This document shows positions 10,011-18,589 of a DNA stretch of 47,651 nt, piece after piece (the stretch's first letter is position 1; every line of letters begins with the position of its first letter). This stretch comes from an uncultured Thermoplasmata archaeon. Its GTDB lineage: Archaea > Thermoplasmatota > Penumbrarchaeia > JAEHCK01 > CBDVCJ01. Where the stretch lies: NCBI GenBank assembly GCA_965372445.1, contig CBDVCJ010000001.1, positions 1 through 47,651 of the forward strand. The letters are read 5' to 3'. Position numbers and translations under genes: made by a program. The notes beneath the pieces were generated by a model. It was not told where the DNA came from, did not search any database, and saw only the letters and a list, made by a program, of their open reading frames with translations.

Positions 10011-10108
10011 CCCCGCATTAAAGTGCGGGGACTTTCAATTCAAATTGAATGTAACGTCACAAATGTGACGCACCGATAAATTAGGATATCTTTTTGGCCT
10101 GAAGGCCA
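10011..10108. repeat. Train of four different short hairpins between riboflavin synthase and ribH
   Basis: CCCCGCA-ttaaag-TGCGGGG (10011-10030). TTCAAT-tcaa-ATTGAA (10034-10049). CGTCAC-aaat-GTGACG (10055-10070). TTGGCC-tgaa-GGCCAA (10093-10108). The last resembles CCGGCC-tgaa-GGCCGG at 38031-38046. Confidence 0.8.
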
Positions 10109-10126
10109 AGGTTTCCGAATTGCTAA

Positions 10127-11099
<973 letters not shown>

Positions 11100-11112
<13 letters not shown>

Positions 11113-11819
11113 TCTTTCCAGGCCTCCACGATCTCCCAGCCATCCAAATAAAGTATATCATTATTATCTGCATATTTCTTAACTTCTAGTTTACGTTTCG
11201 AATTACCGTCATCGCCCATAATCTCGCAGCCCGCTGCGATAGGTATCAAGCCCGCCATTTTCATCAACGCCACAGACAGTTCGGTGTGGCCGAAACGAGT
11301 CTTTAACGGCTGTTCAGAAGCTAAACAAATTGATACATGACCTGGTGATCTGAAGTCCGAGCCAAATTTCTTGATCGCATTACCATTTTCCATAGTCATA
11401 ACGTCTTTTGAAAGTGCTGCAAATTCAAACATTGTAAGAGCCCGATCAATATCTGTGATTCCCGTGAACGTATTGCGATGGTTTATTGTCAGGGAAAAAG
11501 ATGACTTTGTATCATAGGGGATATCATTGGGTATCAAGGCTTTGAATATTCTAAACTCCTCCCAATTCTGCTGGTACAAATCAGTTAAAAACGGCAATTC
11601 TAATTTTTGCCCGATCTCATTTGCTACCATCAGAAAGATCAATCCACCCCCCTCTTTCCGCATCATTCTTATGCTCTCAGGTGTGACGAATTCGGCCGGT
11701 ATAATAAAATCCGATTCCTCCTCCCGCCCGTCAGCGTCATACACAATGATGAATTTACCTTGGTTTAACTCTTCGATCGCTTGAATTACGCGTGTAGAAT
11801 TTATTTTCAGGTCTTTCAT
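11100..11819 (-). CDS. ribB: 3,4-dihydroxy-2-butanone 4-phosphate synthase
   Basis: 239 aa with DADGREEESDFIIPAEFVTPE and the GH..IC motif region typical of DHBP synthase. Confidence 0.9.
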
Positions 11820-11921
11820 AATTGCATATATAGCCGATATTACTATAAGTTTTTTTTGTAGTTACCAGAAAAAGAGTTGAAAAAAATCACGGTTTTGGAA
11901 TATTTCAATAAATAACACGAA

Positions 11922-12875
11922 TCATGTCATTACACCAGGTAGGAGATAGATAAAAATACCATACATAAACAATAGAAATATTGCATGTACACGCCCAATT
12001 TTTCGTTTTGAAAAGAGTAATGTGACTATAGAAACGAACATTAAGAGGGGTAAAGTTGTATTTATGATGCTGTCAGCTACAGGTTTAGAAAAATCATTGA
12101 GATTTATCGGGTGAATCATTGCTGCAATACCTAAAACAAATAAAATATTTATTATATTACTTCCCAGTACATTTCCGATAGATATTGAATGCCTTTTTTT
12201 TAAGGCCGCGCTCACCGAAGTTGCAAGCTCGGGTAATGACGTACCAAACGCGACCGCGAACAGTGCCACCACAATAGGCGCAATACTAAACTCCTCGGCA
12301 ATATCAATCGCACCTTCCACAAGTAAATATGAACCGATAATGACGCCTATAGCGCCCATAGCCACGAGCATCAATTCTTTGCCGATCTTTCCCTTTTTGG
12401 CGCCAATACCAATATGAAGCGTTTTGTATAGATAGAAAACATAACTAACAAAAGCCACGATGAAGATCAAACCATCCAATCTTCCGATCTCACGGTCAAG
12501 AATCAGAACGAATAGTAAAATTGCGACAATGTTCATAAAAACCGCGTCTCGGAATGTTTCTTCACCAGGCTCTAATTTAATTAATAACGCAGCAATACCA
12601 AGTACCAGACAAATATTTGCAATATTTGATCCGATAACGTTGCCTAACGCGATCTCGCTGTATCCTGTAAAAGAAGCAACCGTCGAGGCGCCAAGCTCTG
12701 GCAACGAGGTAGCAAACGCGACCAGAGTTAACCCGATGAGGTGCTCGGAGACCCCTAACTTAAGTGCAGTGTTCGCAGCGCCGTCGACGAAGACATTACT
12801 ACCCTTGATTAAGATAATCAAGCCAATAACGAAAATAATGGCTGGAAACAAAATAGGCATGAGAGGTTCAAGCAT
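11922..12875 (-). CDS. Ca2+/cation antiporter (CaCA, YrbG-like)
   Basis: 317 aa, about 10 TM segments, with two alpha-repeats GNVIGSNIANI and GNVLGSNIINI. Confidence 0.85.
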   Translation of the reverse strand: MLEPLMPILFPAIIFVIGLIILIKGSNVFVDGAANTALKLGVSEHLIGLTLVAFATSLPELGASTVASFTGYSEIALGNVIGSNIANICLVLGIAALLIKLEPGEETFRDAVFMNIVAILLFVLILDREIGRLDGLIFIVAFVSYVFYLYKTLHIGIGAKKGKIGKELMLVAMGAIGVIIGSYLLVEGAIDIAEEFSIAPIVVALFAVAFGTSLPELATSVSAALKKRHSISIGNVLGSNIINILFVLGIAAMIHPINLNDFSKPVADSIINTTLPLLMFVSIVTLLFSKRKIGRVHAIFLLFMYGIFIYLLPGVMT

Positions 12876-12987
12876 TAAATTGCCTAATAATATTGTTTTT
12901 ATATAAAGCTGTCTAAATATCCATTTAATCGCGGAAAAAGTTATATCTGAAAAGAATCCTTTGGAATAATAGAAAATTAACCTCTAG

Positions 12988-13992
12988 GTGTTTGTTCACT
13001 TTGGTCGAGGGGGATTTTGTGTGTATCCAAATTATTATGAACCGAGGACCGTCAAAGGTCTAAAATACATTAATCTTGCCTGGATTTTATATATTGTCGC
13101 TTTGGTAATATTATTGATAATGTTAATTGTGCTGATCCCTGTTCTTATGGAGGCATTTAATGATCCAGATGACTTTGATCCATCAAATTTCGGAATTTTA
13201 TTTGGAATTATAGCTGGTGCTTGTCTTTCTGGACTGTTTTCCCTTATTGTTGTTATACTATTTCTTATCGGAATTATATATATGTTGACAGGCCGCGAGG
13301 AATTTGGACCTCAACATTCAAGCCGTGTAATGTTAGGCTTCATCTTTCTGCTTATCGGTTTCATTATTCCGGTCTTTGGCGGGTTTGGAACGGCATTTAG
13401 TTATAGTGGTTATGGTAGCGCAATATACATAACCTCGGGATTTAGTATCGCGTCCAGCATTTTAATGGCTTTAGGGCTTGTGTTTTTAATTGAAAACCTA
13501 TTAGACGAAAAGTGGAAAAGAATATTATGGACCGGAGGTTTGATCTTTATAATTTTTAGTATAATCGCTGCCGCGATTAATATATGGCTCTTTACAAGCT
13601 TAATCTCTGATATTAGTGACCCAGAGACTTTTTATCTATCTGGTTTTTCGACTTTTACGTTGGTCTCTAGCGGTTTAACGGCAATGAATTTACTACCGAT
13701 CTTTATTTTTCTATTATGCTATCGCCAAGCCGAACAAAGGATCCGCACCGGCGAGCTCAAGGTAGTCCAACCTATGTATCCCCCGCCGCCCCCGCCCTAT
13801 TATTATCCCCCACCGCCGCCCGCCTATTATCCGCCACCTGCTTATGGCTATCCGCCACCTGCTTATGGCTATCCACCGCCAGCAGTCCCACCCAGCGGGC
13901 CTCCGGGCACGCCCCGCAAATGCCCGTCGTGCGAGAAAGAAGCACCACTCGGCATCCCAAGATGCCCGAATTGCGGGTTTTACTTCGGTTAA
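12988..13992 (+). CDS. Polytopic membrane protein with PPxY-rich tail and C-terminal zinc ribbon
   Basis: 334-aa ORF with a GTG start in the track (start uncertain) and multiple TM segments. The tail is PPPPPPYYYPPPPPAYYPPPAYGYPPPAYGYPPP, followed by CPSC-x11-CPNC. Confidence 0.7.
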   Translation: MFVHFGRGGFCVYPNYYEPRTVKGLKYINLAWILYIVALVILLIMLIVLIPVLMEAFNDPDDFDPSNFGILFGIIAGACLSGLFSLIVVILFLIGIIYMLTGREEFGPQHSSRVMLGFIFLLIGFIIPVFGGFGTAFSYSGYGSAIYITSGFSIASSILMALGLVFLIENLLDEKWKRILWTGGLIFIIFSIIAAAINIWLFTSLISDISDPETFYLSGFSTFTLVSSGLTAMNLLPIFIFLLCYRQAEQRIRTGELKVVQPMYPPPPPPYYYPPPPPAYYPPPAYGYPPPAYGYPPPAVPPSGPPGTPRKCPSCEKEAPLGIPRCPNCGFYFG

Positions 13993-14020
13993 TATTGGCA
14001 AAACTATCTGGTGAAAGCTC

Positions 14021-14482
14021 GGTCCTGAGTCCGTAGTCCTGCGTCCGATAAGTTGTGAGTGTTCGTGAGACTGTTTTTATATTGCAAAAGAGCGTAGGAT
14101 TGTTTCAAGAATACCATAATGCGTCGGATATGATGTCTTTTAATAGATGCGTGGGAGCTCCATTTGATTGCTGAGGGCGTTGGATTGCTCAAATAAACAA
14201 TAATCGTGTGAATCAAACGAAAAAACACTCGAACGCATTAAATTAGTCAGTAGGCAATCCAACAAATCAATTAAATGGCATTCAGGTCCCACGCCAATGA
14301 AAATAACTTGACGCTCCTACGCAATTTGGCAAACAGTTAACAATCCAACGCATATAGGTGAAATTTTATCTATCCCACATAATGACAATGTTACCACAAA
14401 CTCACAACTATATGGGCTCCCTGGACTCCCAAGACTCTTTCGCCTATCGCCCTTCGCCTTTCTCGTGGCAAACTCCAATCTT
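14021..14482 (+). repeat. Family-B phased inverted-array element, copy B1
   Basis: The core is bounded by AGTTGTGAGT (14051-14060) and ACTCACAACT (14400-14409). Forward cores start at 14065, 14094, 14123, 14151 and 14179. Reverse cores start at 14229, 14258, 14287, 14315, 14344 and 14373. Outer layers are a GAGTCC-type array (14021-14049 vs 14412-14437), a TTTCGCC array (14437-14465) and GCAAACTCCAATCTT (14468-14482). Confidence 0.9.
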
Positions 14483-14491
14483 GAAAAAAGA

Positions 14492-14953
14492 TCAGATGAT
14501 ATGTCCAACGATATCGGTCTGTTCTCGGTCACAATAAAAACAATTTAATCTGATCGGATCTTTTGAGGTAACAACACATTTACTCCCTATAGGTTCATTC
14601 TTGTTCGAAACGCAGTTCGGGTTCTCGCATTTCACTATACCCTCAATTATAGCCGGGAGCTCTACCTTATGCTTTTTCTCGACATTGAAATTACGGATAA
14701 TATTGAAAGTGGCATTTGGGGCAATTAACGCGATCTTATCAAGTTCATGAGGGTCCAATTCCCGATCCTCGATCTTGACAATATCTTTTTTATCCATTTT
14801 AGCTTTGCCGGAATCGACGTACATTGCCACACTAACGATCGACTCCTGTTTGCCGGTTATCCCAAGTATCTTCAACACTTTCAGTGCCATTCCTTTTTCG
14901 ATATGGTCTATTACGGTACCATTTTTTATGGGTGTAACTTTGAATTCTTTCAT
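14492..14953 (-). CDS. pyrI: Aspartate carbamoyltransferase regulatory subunit
   Basis: 153 aa. N-terminus is KVTPIKNGTVIDHI. The zinc domain is CENPNC...CFYC. Confidence 0.93.
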   Translation of the reverse strand: MKEFKVTPIKNGTVIDHIEKGMALKVLKILGITGKQESIVSVAMYVDSGKAKMDKKDIVKIEDRELDPHELDKIALIAPNATFNIIRNFNVEKKHKVELPAIIEGIVKCENPNCVSNKNEPIGSKCVVTSKDPIRLNCFYCDREQTDIVGHII

Positions 14954-15030
14954 AGTGATCTCACCTCGGTATCCCCACGACCCCGCCCCAAAATAATTAA
15001 TATATAATTTACGACGCGGATATTCTACCC

Positions 15031-15969
15031 TTAAGGAGCTTTACCCAATATTAGCGAAAGTAGCGCCATCCTTACAGGCACACCATTGAACGCCTGTTTG
15101 AAATAAATTGCATGGTCCGTTTTATCGACCTCGTAAGCAATTTCTGTAATTCTAGGTAACGGGTGCATGATCTTCAGATCGTTTTTTGCATTGCTTAATA
15201 ATTCCATATCCACCCGGTACGAGCCCGCAACTTTACGATATTCGGTTTCGTCGGGTATCCGTTCTTTCTGGATACGAGTAACGTAAAGCACATCGGCGTT
15301 CGAGATCACATCGTCGAGCGAGTTGCCCGTCGAAGGTTCAATCCCAAGTTCCTTCAAACCATTAATTATCTCCTGCGGCATCTGCAACAATGGCGGCGCA
15401 ATAAAATGGATGTCAGCGCCAAACAGAGCAAGTGCATGTACCAGCGAATGTACCGTGCGTCCATATTTTAGGTCGCCGACCATCACAATATTCATGTTCT
15501 TGATCTTGCCTTTGGCGGTTTTTATTGTAAATAGGTCCAATAAAGTTTGGGTTGGATGCTGGCCCGCACCGTCACCGCCATTGATCACCGGTTTCGATGA
15601 AAATTCGGTTGCGAGTCGCGCTGCACCTTCTTGTGGATGGCGCAATACTATTGCATCCGCATAGGACTCGGCCATTTTGATAGTATCCGCCAAGGTCTCA
15701 CCTTTCATTACCGATGTGCCCTCTTGACCGAACACCGATATAACCTTACCACCAAGTCTGCACATTGCACTTTCAAAAGATAACCTGGTTCTTGTGCTTG
15801 GTTCAAAAAACATGGTCGTTAAAATCTTACCCGCCAATAAGTTGCTTGTCTTTTCGCCTTTAGCGATGGGTATCATCTTTTTGGCGATATTGATAATATA
15901 ATCGATTTCCTCTTTATTAAAATCCTTAATTGATACAATATCCCTGTTTTTAAAATTGAATTTTTTCAT
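15031..15969 (-). CDS. pyrB: Aspartate carbamoyltransferase catalytic subunit
   Basis: Motifs STRTRLSFE, HPTQ and HPLPR are present. I prefer ATG 15969 (MKKFNFKNRDI...) over the track start 16005, which reaches into the repeat-rich spacer. Confidence 0.93.
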   Translation of the reverse strand: MKKFNFKNRDIVSIKDFNKEEIDYIINIAKKMIPIAKGEKTSNLLAGKILTTMFFEPSTRTRLSFESAMCRLGGKVISVFGQEGTSVMKGETLADTIKMAESYADAIVLRHPQEGAARLATEFSSKPVINGGDGAGQHPTQTLLDLFTIKTAKGKIKNMNIVMVGDLKYGRTVHSLVHALALFGADIHFIAPPLLQMPQEIINGLKELGIEPSTGNSLDDVISNADVLYVTRIQKERIPDETEYRKVAGSYRVDMELLSNAKNDLKIMHPLPRITEIAYEVDKTDHAIYFKQAFNGVPVRMALLSLILGKAP

Positions 15970-16075
15970 CCAATTACCGAGATTTGCTAATAATGCTAAT
16001 CGCATTTAAAATTATCTGTTGGAATGCGGCGAAAGGATTGAGGATGAGATGAAGATTCGAGATTGCCTTTGGAAA

Positions 16076-16120
16076 GACGAAAGGCGAAAGGTAAATACTG
16101 CTTTCGCCTATTGCCTTTTT
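16076..16120. repeat. GGCGAAA/TTTCGCC hairpin (family C) inside a larger nested palindrome (about 16030-16240)
   Basis: GGCGAAAG (16083-16090) pairs with CTTTCGCC (16101-16108). Flanking layers are GATTCGAG vs CTCGAATC, and AAGGATTGAGGATG (about 16033-16046) vs CATCCTCCATCCTT (about 16225-16238). Confidence 0.75.
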
Positions 16121-16287
16121 TTGTGGACTCGAATCGGGAATCTGGAATCCAATAATTTACCCTCACATCACAAATGCCGAAGGGATTTGGGATGTTCATG
16201 CGGAGAACAAAGTTCGACGCATGCATCCTCCATCCTTTAACAATAAATCCCAAACATATATAACTTCAAATCTCAATTTGCATTTCG

Positions 16288-16821
16288 ATGAGCAATCTAA
16301 TTTCCTATAACAATCGCACCCCCAAAGTCGACGAAGGTGCGTATGTGAACCTCCATTCGATAATTATCGGGAGAGTAATAATAGAAAAGAACTGCAGTAT
16401 CTGGCCGGGCTCAATTATTTGTGCTTTTGATCAGGAGATACATTTACAATCAGAAGTATTGATATTAAATAAAGCAGTGATCTTGGCAACCGAGACCCAT
16501 TCCGTTGAGATCGAAGAGGGCACATTAATTTCTCAATTAACTACACTTCAAGGCTGTAGAATTGGTAAGAGCGTATTGATCGGCCGTGGCGCCAAAGTAT
16601 CTGAAGGCGTGACGATTGGTGACGGTACGATTTTGTATCCTAACACGCTGGTTTTACCAGGCGAAGAAATACCTCAGGGCTCGTTAGTGTCCGAAGTACC
16701 GTCGAAAATAATACGTGAAGTGACCGAGCAAGAGACCCAGGCGGTACATGAGCAATATGAAAAGCTTAAGAAAATGGCAGAAGACTTTGGAGGCTATTAT
16801 AATTTGAGCGTGGAAGAATAA
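16288..16821 (+). CDS. Gamma-carbonic-anhydrase-like left-handed beta-helix protein, probably lacking Zn ligands
   Basis: 177 aa with hexapeptide-repeat periodicity, an N-terminus like YrdA/PaaY-type proteins and SIWPG. The positions of the usual His ligands read ATETH / SQ / LQG. Confidence 0.75.
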   Translation: MSNLISYNNRTPKVDEGAYVNLHSIIIGRVIIEKNCSIWPGSIICAFDQEIHLQSEVLILNKAVILATETHSVEIEEGTLISQLTTLQGCRIGKSVLIGRGAKVSEGVTIGDGTILYPNTLVLPGEEIPQGSLVSEVPSKIIREVTEQETQAVHEQYEKLKKMAEDFGGYYNLSVEE

Positions 16822-16826
16822 TTTTT
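16822..16826 (+). terminator. Oligo-T tract after the gamma-CA-like gene
   Basis: TAA (16819-16821) is followed by TTTTT. Inference. Confidence 0.3.
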
Positions 16827-16985
16827 ATAAATGATCTATTGTTAGGGATTATTGAATATATTGTATTACAGACGGCTATCTATGGAATATGGAAATCGGA
16901 TGTCAGAGTGAGCTTCCGACATCTGTCTTCTGACTCCCGTCTTCCTATTTAATAACAATCCCGAAGCTTGGAAATCGAAACAAAA

Positions 16986-17546
16986 TCATTCTTTCACGGG
17001 GGGCGACCAGCTTGTGTAAAGTTCATGTGCGATCCCTAATGCATCAAGCACTTTGCCGACAATAAAATTCACCATATCTTCAATTTTTTCCGGTTTTGTA
17101 TAGAAGGCCGGCATTGCCGGCAGAATGACCACCCCTAAACTCGAAAGTTTTGCCATGTTCTGTAAATGTATGGTGTTCAATGGCGTTTCTCGAGGTACCA
17201 AGATCAATTTTCGGTGTTCTTTTAGGCAAACATCCGCAACTCGTGTGATCAAGTTATCAGTAACGCCCGAAGCTATTTTAGATAAGGTCGAGGTCGAACA
17301 TGGTATGATAACAATTGCATCGTATTTTACCGTACCCGACGAAATCGAAACGCTGAGGTCTGAATTGTCATAATTGTAATCGGCCAGTTTTATAACGTCA
17401 TTCACAGATAGATCGAGCTCGTGCTCTAATAAGCACTCCGCATTTTTCGATAAAATCAGATGCGTTTCTTCAACCTCTAAATACTTTAAAAGCGTTGTGG
17501 CATAAACTATCCCGGAAGCACCTGTAATGCCGATCACGATCTTCAT
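16986..17546 (-). CDS. ubiX: Flavin prenyltransferase UbiX
   Basis: 186 aa. N-terminus is MKIVIGITGASG and the overall layout is UbiX/Pad1-like. Confidence 0.9.
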   Translation of the reverse strand: MKIVIGITGASGIVYATTLLKYLEVEETHLILSKNAECLLEHELDLSVNDVIKLADYNYDNSDLSVSISSGTVKYDAIVIIPCSTSTLSKIASGVTDNLITRVADVCLKEHRKLILVPRETPLNTIHLQNMAKLSSLGVVILPAMPAFYTKPEKIEDMVNFIVGKVLDALGIAHELYTSWSPPVKE

Positions 17547-17587
17547 CTTAAACCTACCTGAAAAATATTGCGATCTTGGTACGGACT

Positions 17588-17986
17588 CTATTTCTTATTA
17601 GGCTTTGAACCCCTTTTCGTGCGTTTTGGGGCTTTTGAATGTTTGTCCAATTCATTTTCTATTTGAGCCAAATTATTATTGGAATTTTTGCCGGATAATA
17701 ATTTATTACGGATCCCTTCTTCGATTCTTGCAAGAGTATCGACATCGATCTTTTCGATACGCTCGATCAAGCTCTGCTCGAATATTATTGCCATATATTG
17801 CTGTGTGAATATAACCGCTGAAAAAATTGCAGCGACCGCCAAAAACACGAAACCGATCACACTATCAGGAAGAGACGTAACTAAATAAATGGTATATACG
17901 AAAATAACTGCCATCAGTATAACAAATTCGCTCACTAATTTTAATCCTTCAGAGGATTTGGCTGTAGTGTCTAAGGTGTTTTGCAT
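17588..17986 (-). CDS. Small membrane protein (2 TM) with Lys-rich C-terminus, function unknown
   Basis: 132-aa ORF with two hydrophobic helices and a coiled tail. No recognisable family. Confidence 0.55.
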   Translation of the reverse strand: MQNTLDTTAKSSEGLKLVSEFVILMAVIFVYTIYLVTSLPDSVIGFVFLAVAAIFSAVIFTQQYMAIIFEQSLIERIEKIDVDTLARIEEGIRNKLLSGKNSNNNLAQIENELDKHSKAPKRTKRGSKPNKK

Positions 17987-18046
17987 ACAATTCGTATTGT
18001 GAATAGTTTTATATATTTAAAATATTGCTTACTTGGGTTGGGAATA

Positions 18047-18543
18047 CCAATAGAAAGGCGAGAGACGATTATTTTAGTCATGGAGTCCGATAAGTTGTGA
18101 GTGTTAGTGGGACTGCTATTGTATTGCTAAATAGCGTAGGATTTTTTTAGGCATGCTATTATGCGTGGGATTGCCATTATAACGATAAAGGGCGTGGGAT
18201 TGTCATTATAACTATAAAGGGTGTTGGTTGCTTAATAAACATTAACCGTTGAAATCATACGAAAAAGCGCCTTAACGCATCAATAAAATGGCATTCAGGT
18301 CCCACGCCTAATGGCAATTCAATCCAAATCCTACGCCTTTTAACATGCAGGTAGTAATCCTACGCATTGTAGCGATGGGTATCTATCCTACATAATGATA
18401 AAAATGCCACAAGTACACAACTCACAACTATTAAGACTCGCGACTCACCACTCTTGACTCACGACCAATTAAACCAAACCATTTAACCTCATTTCGCCTA
18501 TCGCCTATCGCCTATTGCCTTTTCAATAGCAAACTCCAATCTT
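18047..18543 (+). repeat. Family-B phased inverted-array element, copy B2
   Basis: The core is bounded by AGTTGTGAGT (18093-18102) and ACTCACAACT (18420-18429). Forward cores start at 18107, 18136, 18165, 18194 and 18223. Reverse cores start at 18271, 18300, 18329, 18358 and 18386. Outer layers are AAAGGCGAGAGACGA (about 18055-18069) vs (TCGCCTA)x3 (18494-18514), then GCAAACTCCAATCTT (18529-18543). Confidence 0.9.
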
Positions 18544-18555
18544 AATAATAGTTAT

Positions 18556-18564
18556 CTTTATATC
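18556..18564 (+). promoter_or_regulatory. TATA-like box upstream of trmY
   Basis: The centre of CTTTATATC is ~30 nt before ATG 18590, which fits a very short or absent leader. Inference. Confidence 0.3.
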
Positions 18565-18589
18565 TCAATTAAGCATTAAAGCGTTTTAT

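Noticed and set aside
14051-14409. The family-B arrays (29-bp period) might be CRISPR arrays.
   Set aside because: The period is 28-29 bp in total, with no repeat-plus-unique-spacer structure. The inter-core sequence is itself conserved between units and between copies. The two half-arrays are in opposite orientation. No cas genes or leader are nearby.
14004-14532. Track ORFs lie inside repeat-filled spacers: 14004-14228, 14317-14532, 15996-16253, 16019-16240, 25990-26367, 41159-41380, 41733-41939, 43051-43313 and 46953-47162.
   Set aside because: They consist of the palindromic repeat modules themselves, are not conserved between homologous repeat copies, and have odd composition. I treat them as non-coding.
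18047-18543. The family-B element might be a replication origin, with ORB-like inverted repeats flanking an AT-rich centre.
   Set aside because: Three homologous copies occur within 25 kb, none is next to an orc1/cdc6 gene, and the centre is short. Origin function cannot be excluded from sequence alone, so it is listed only as something to test.
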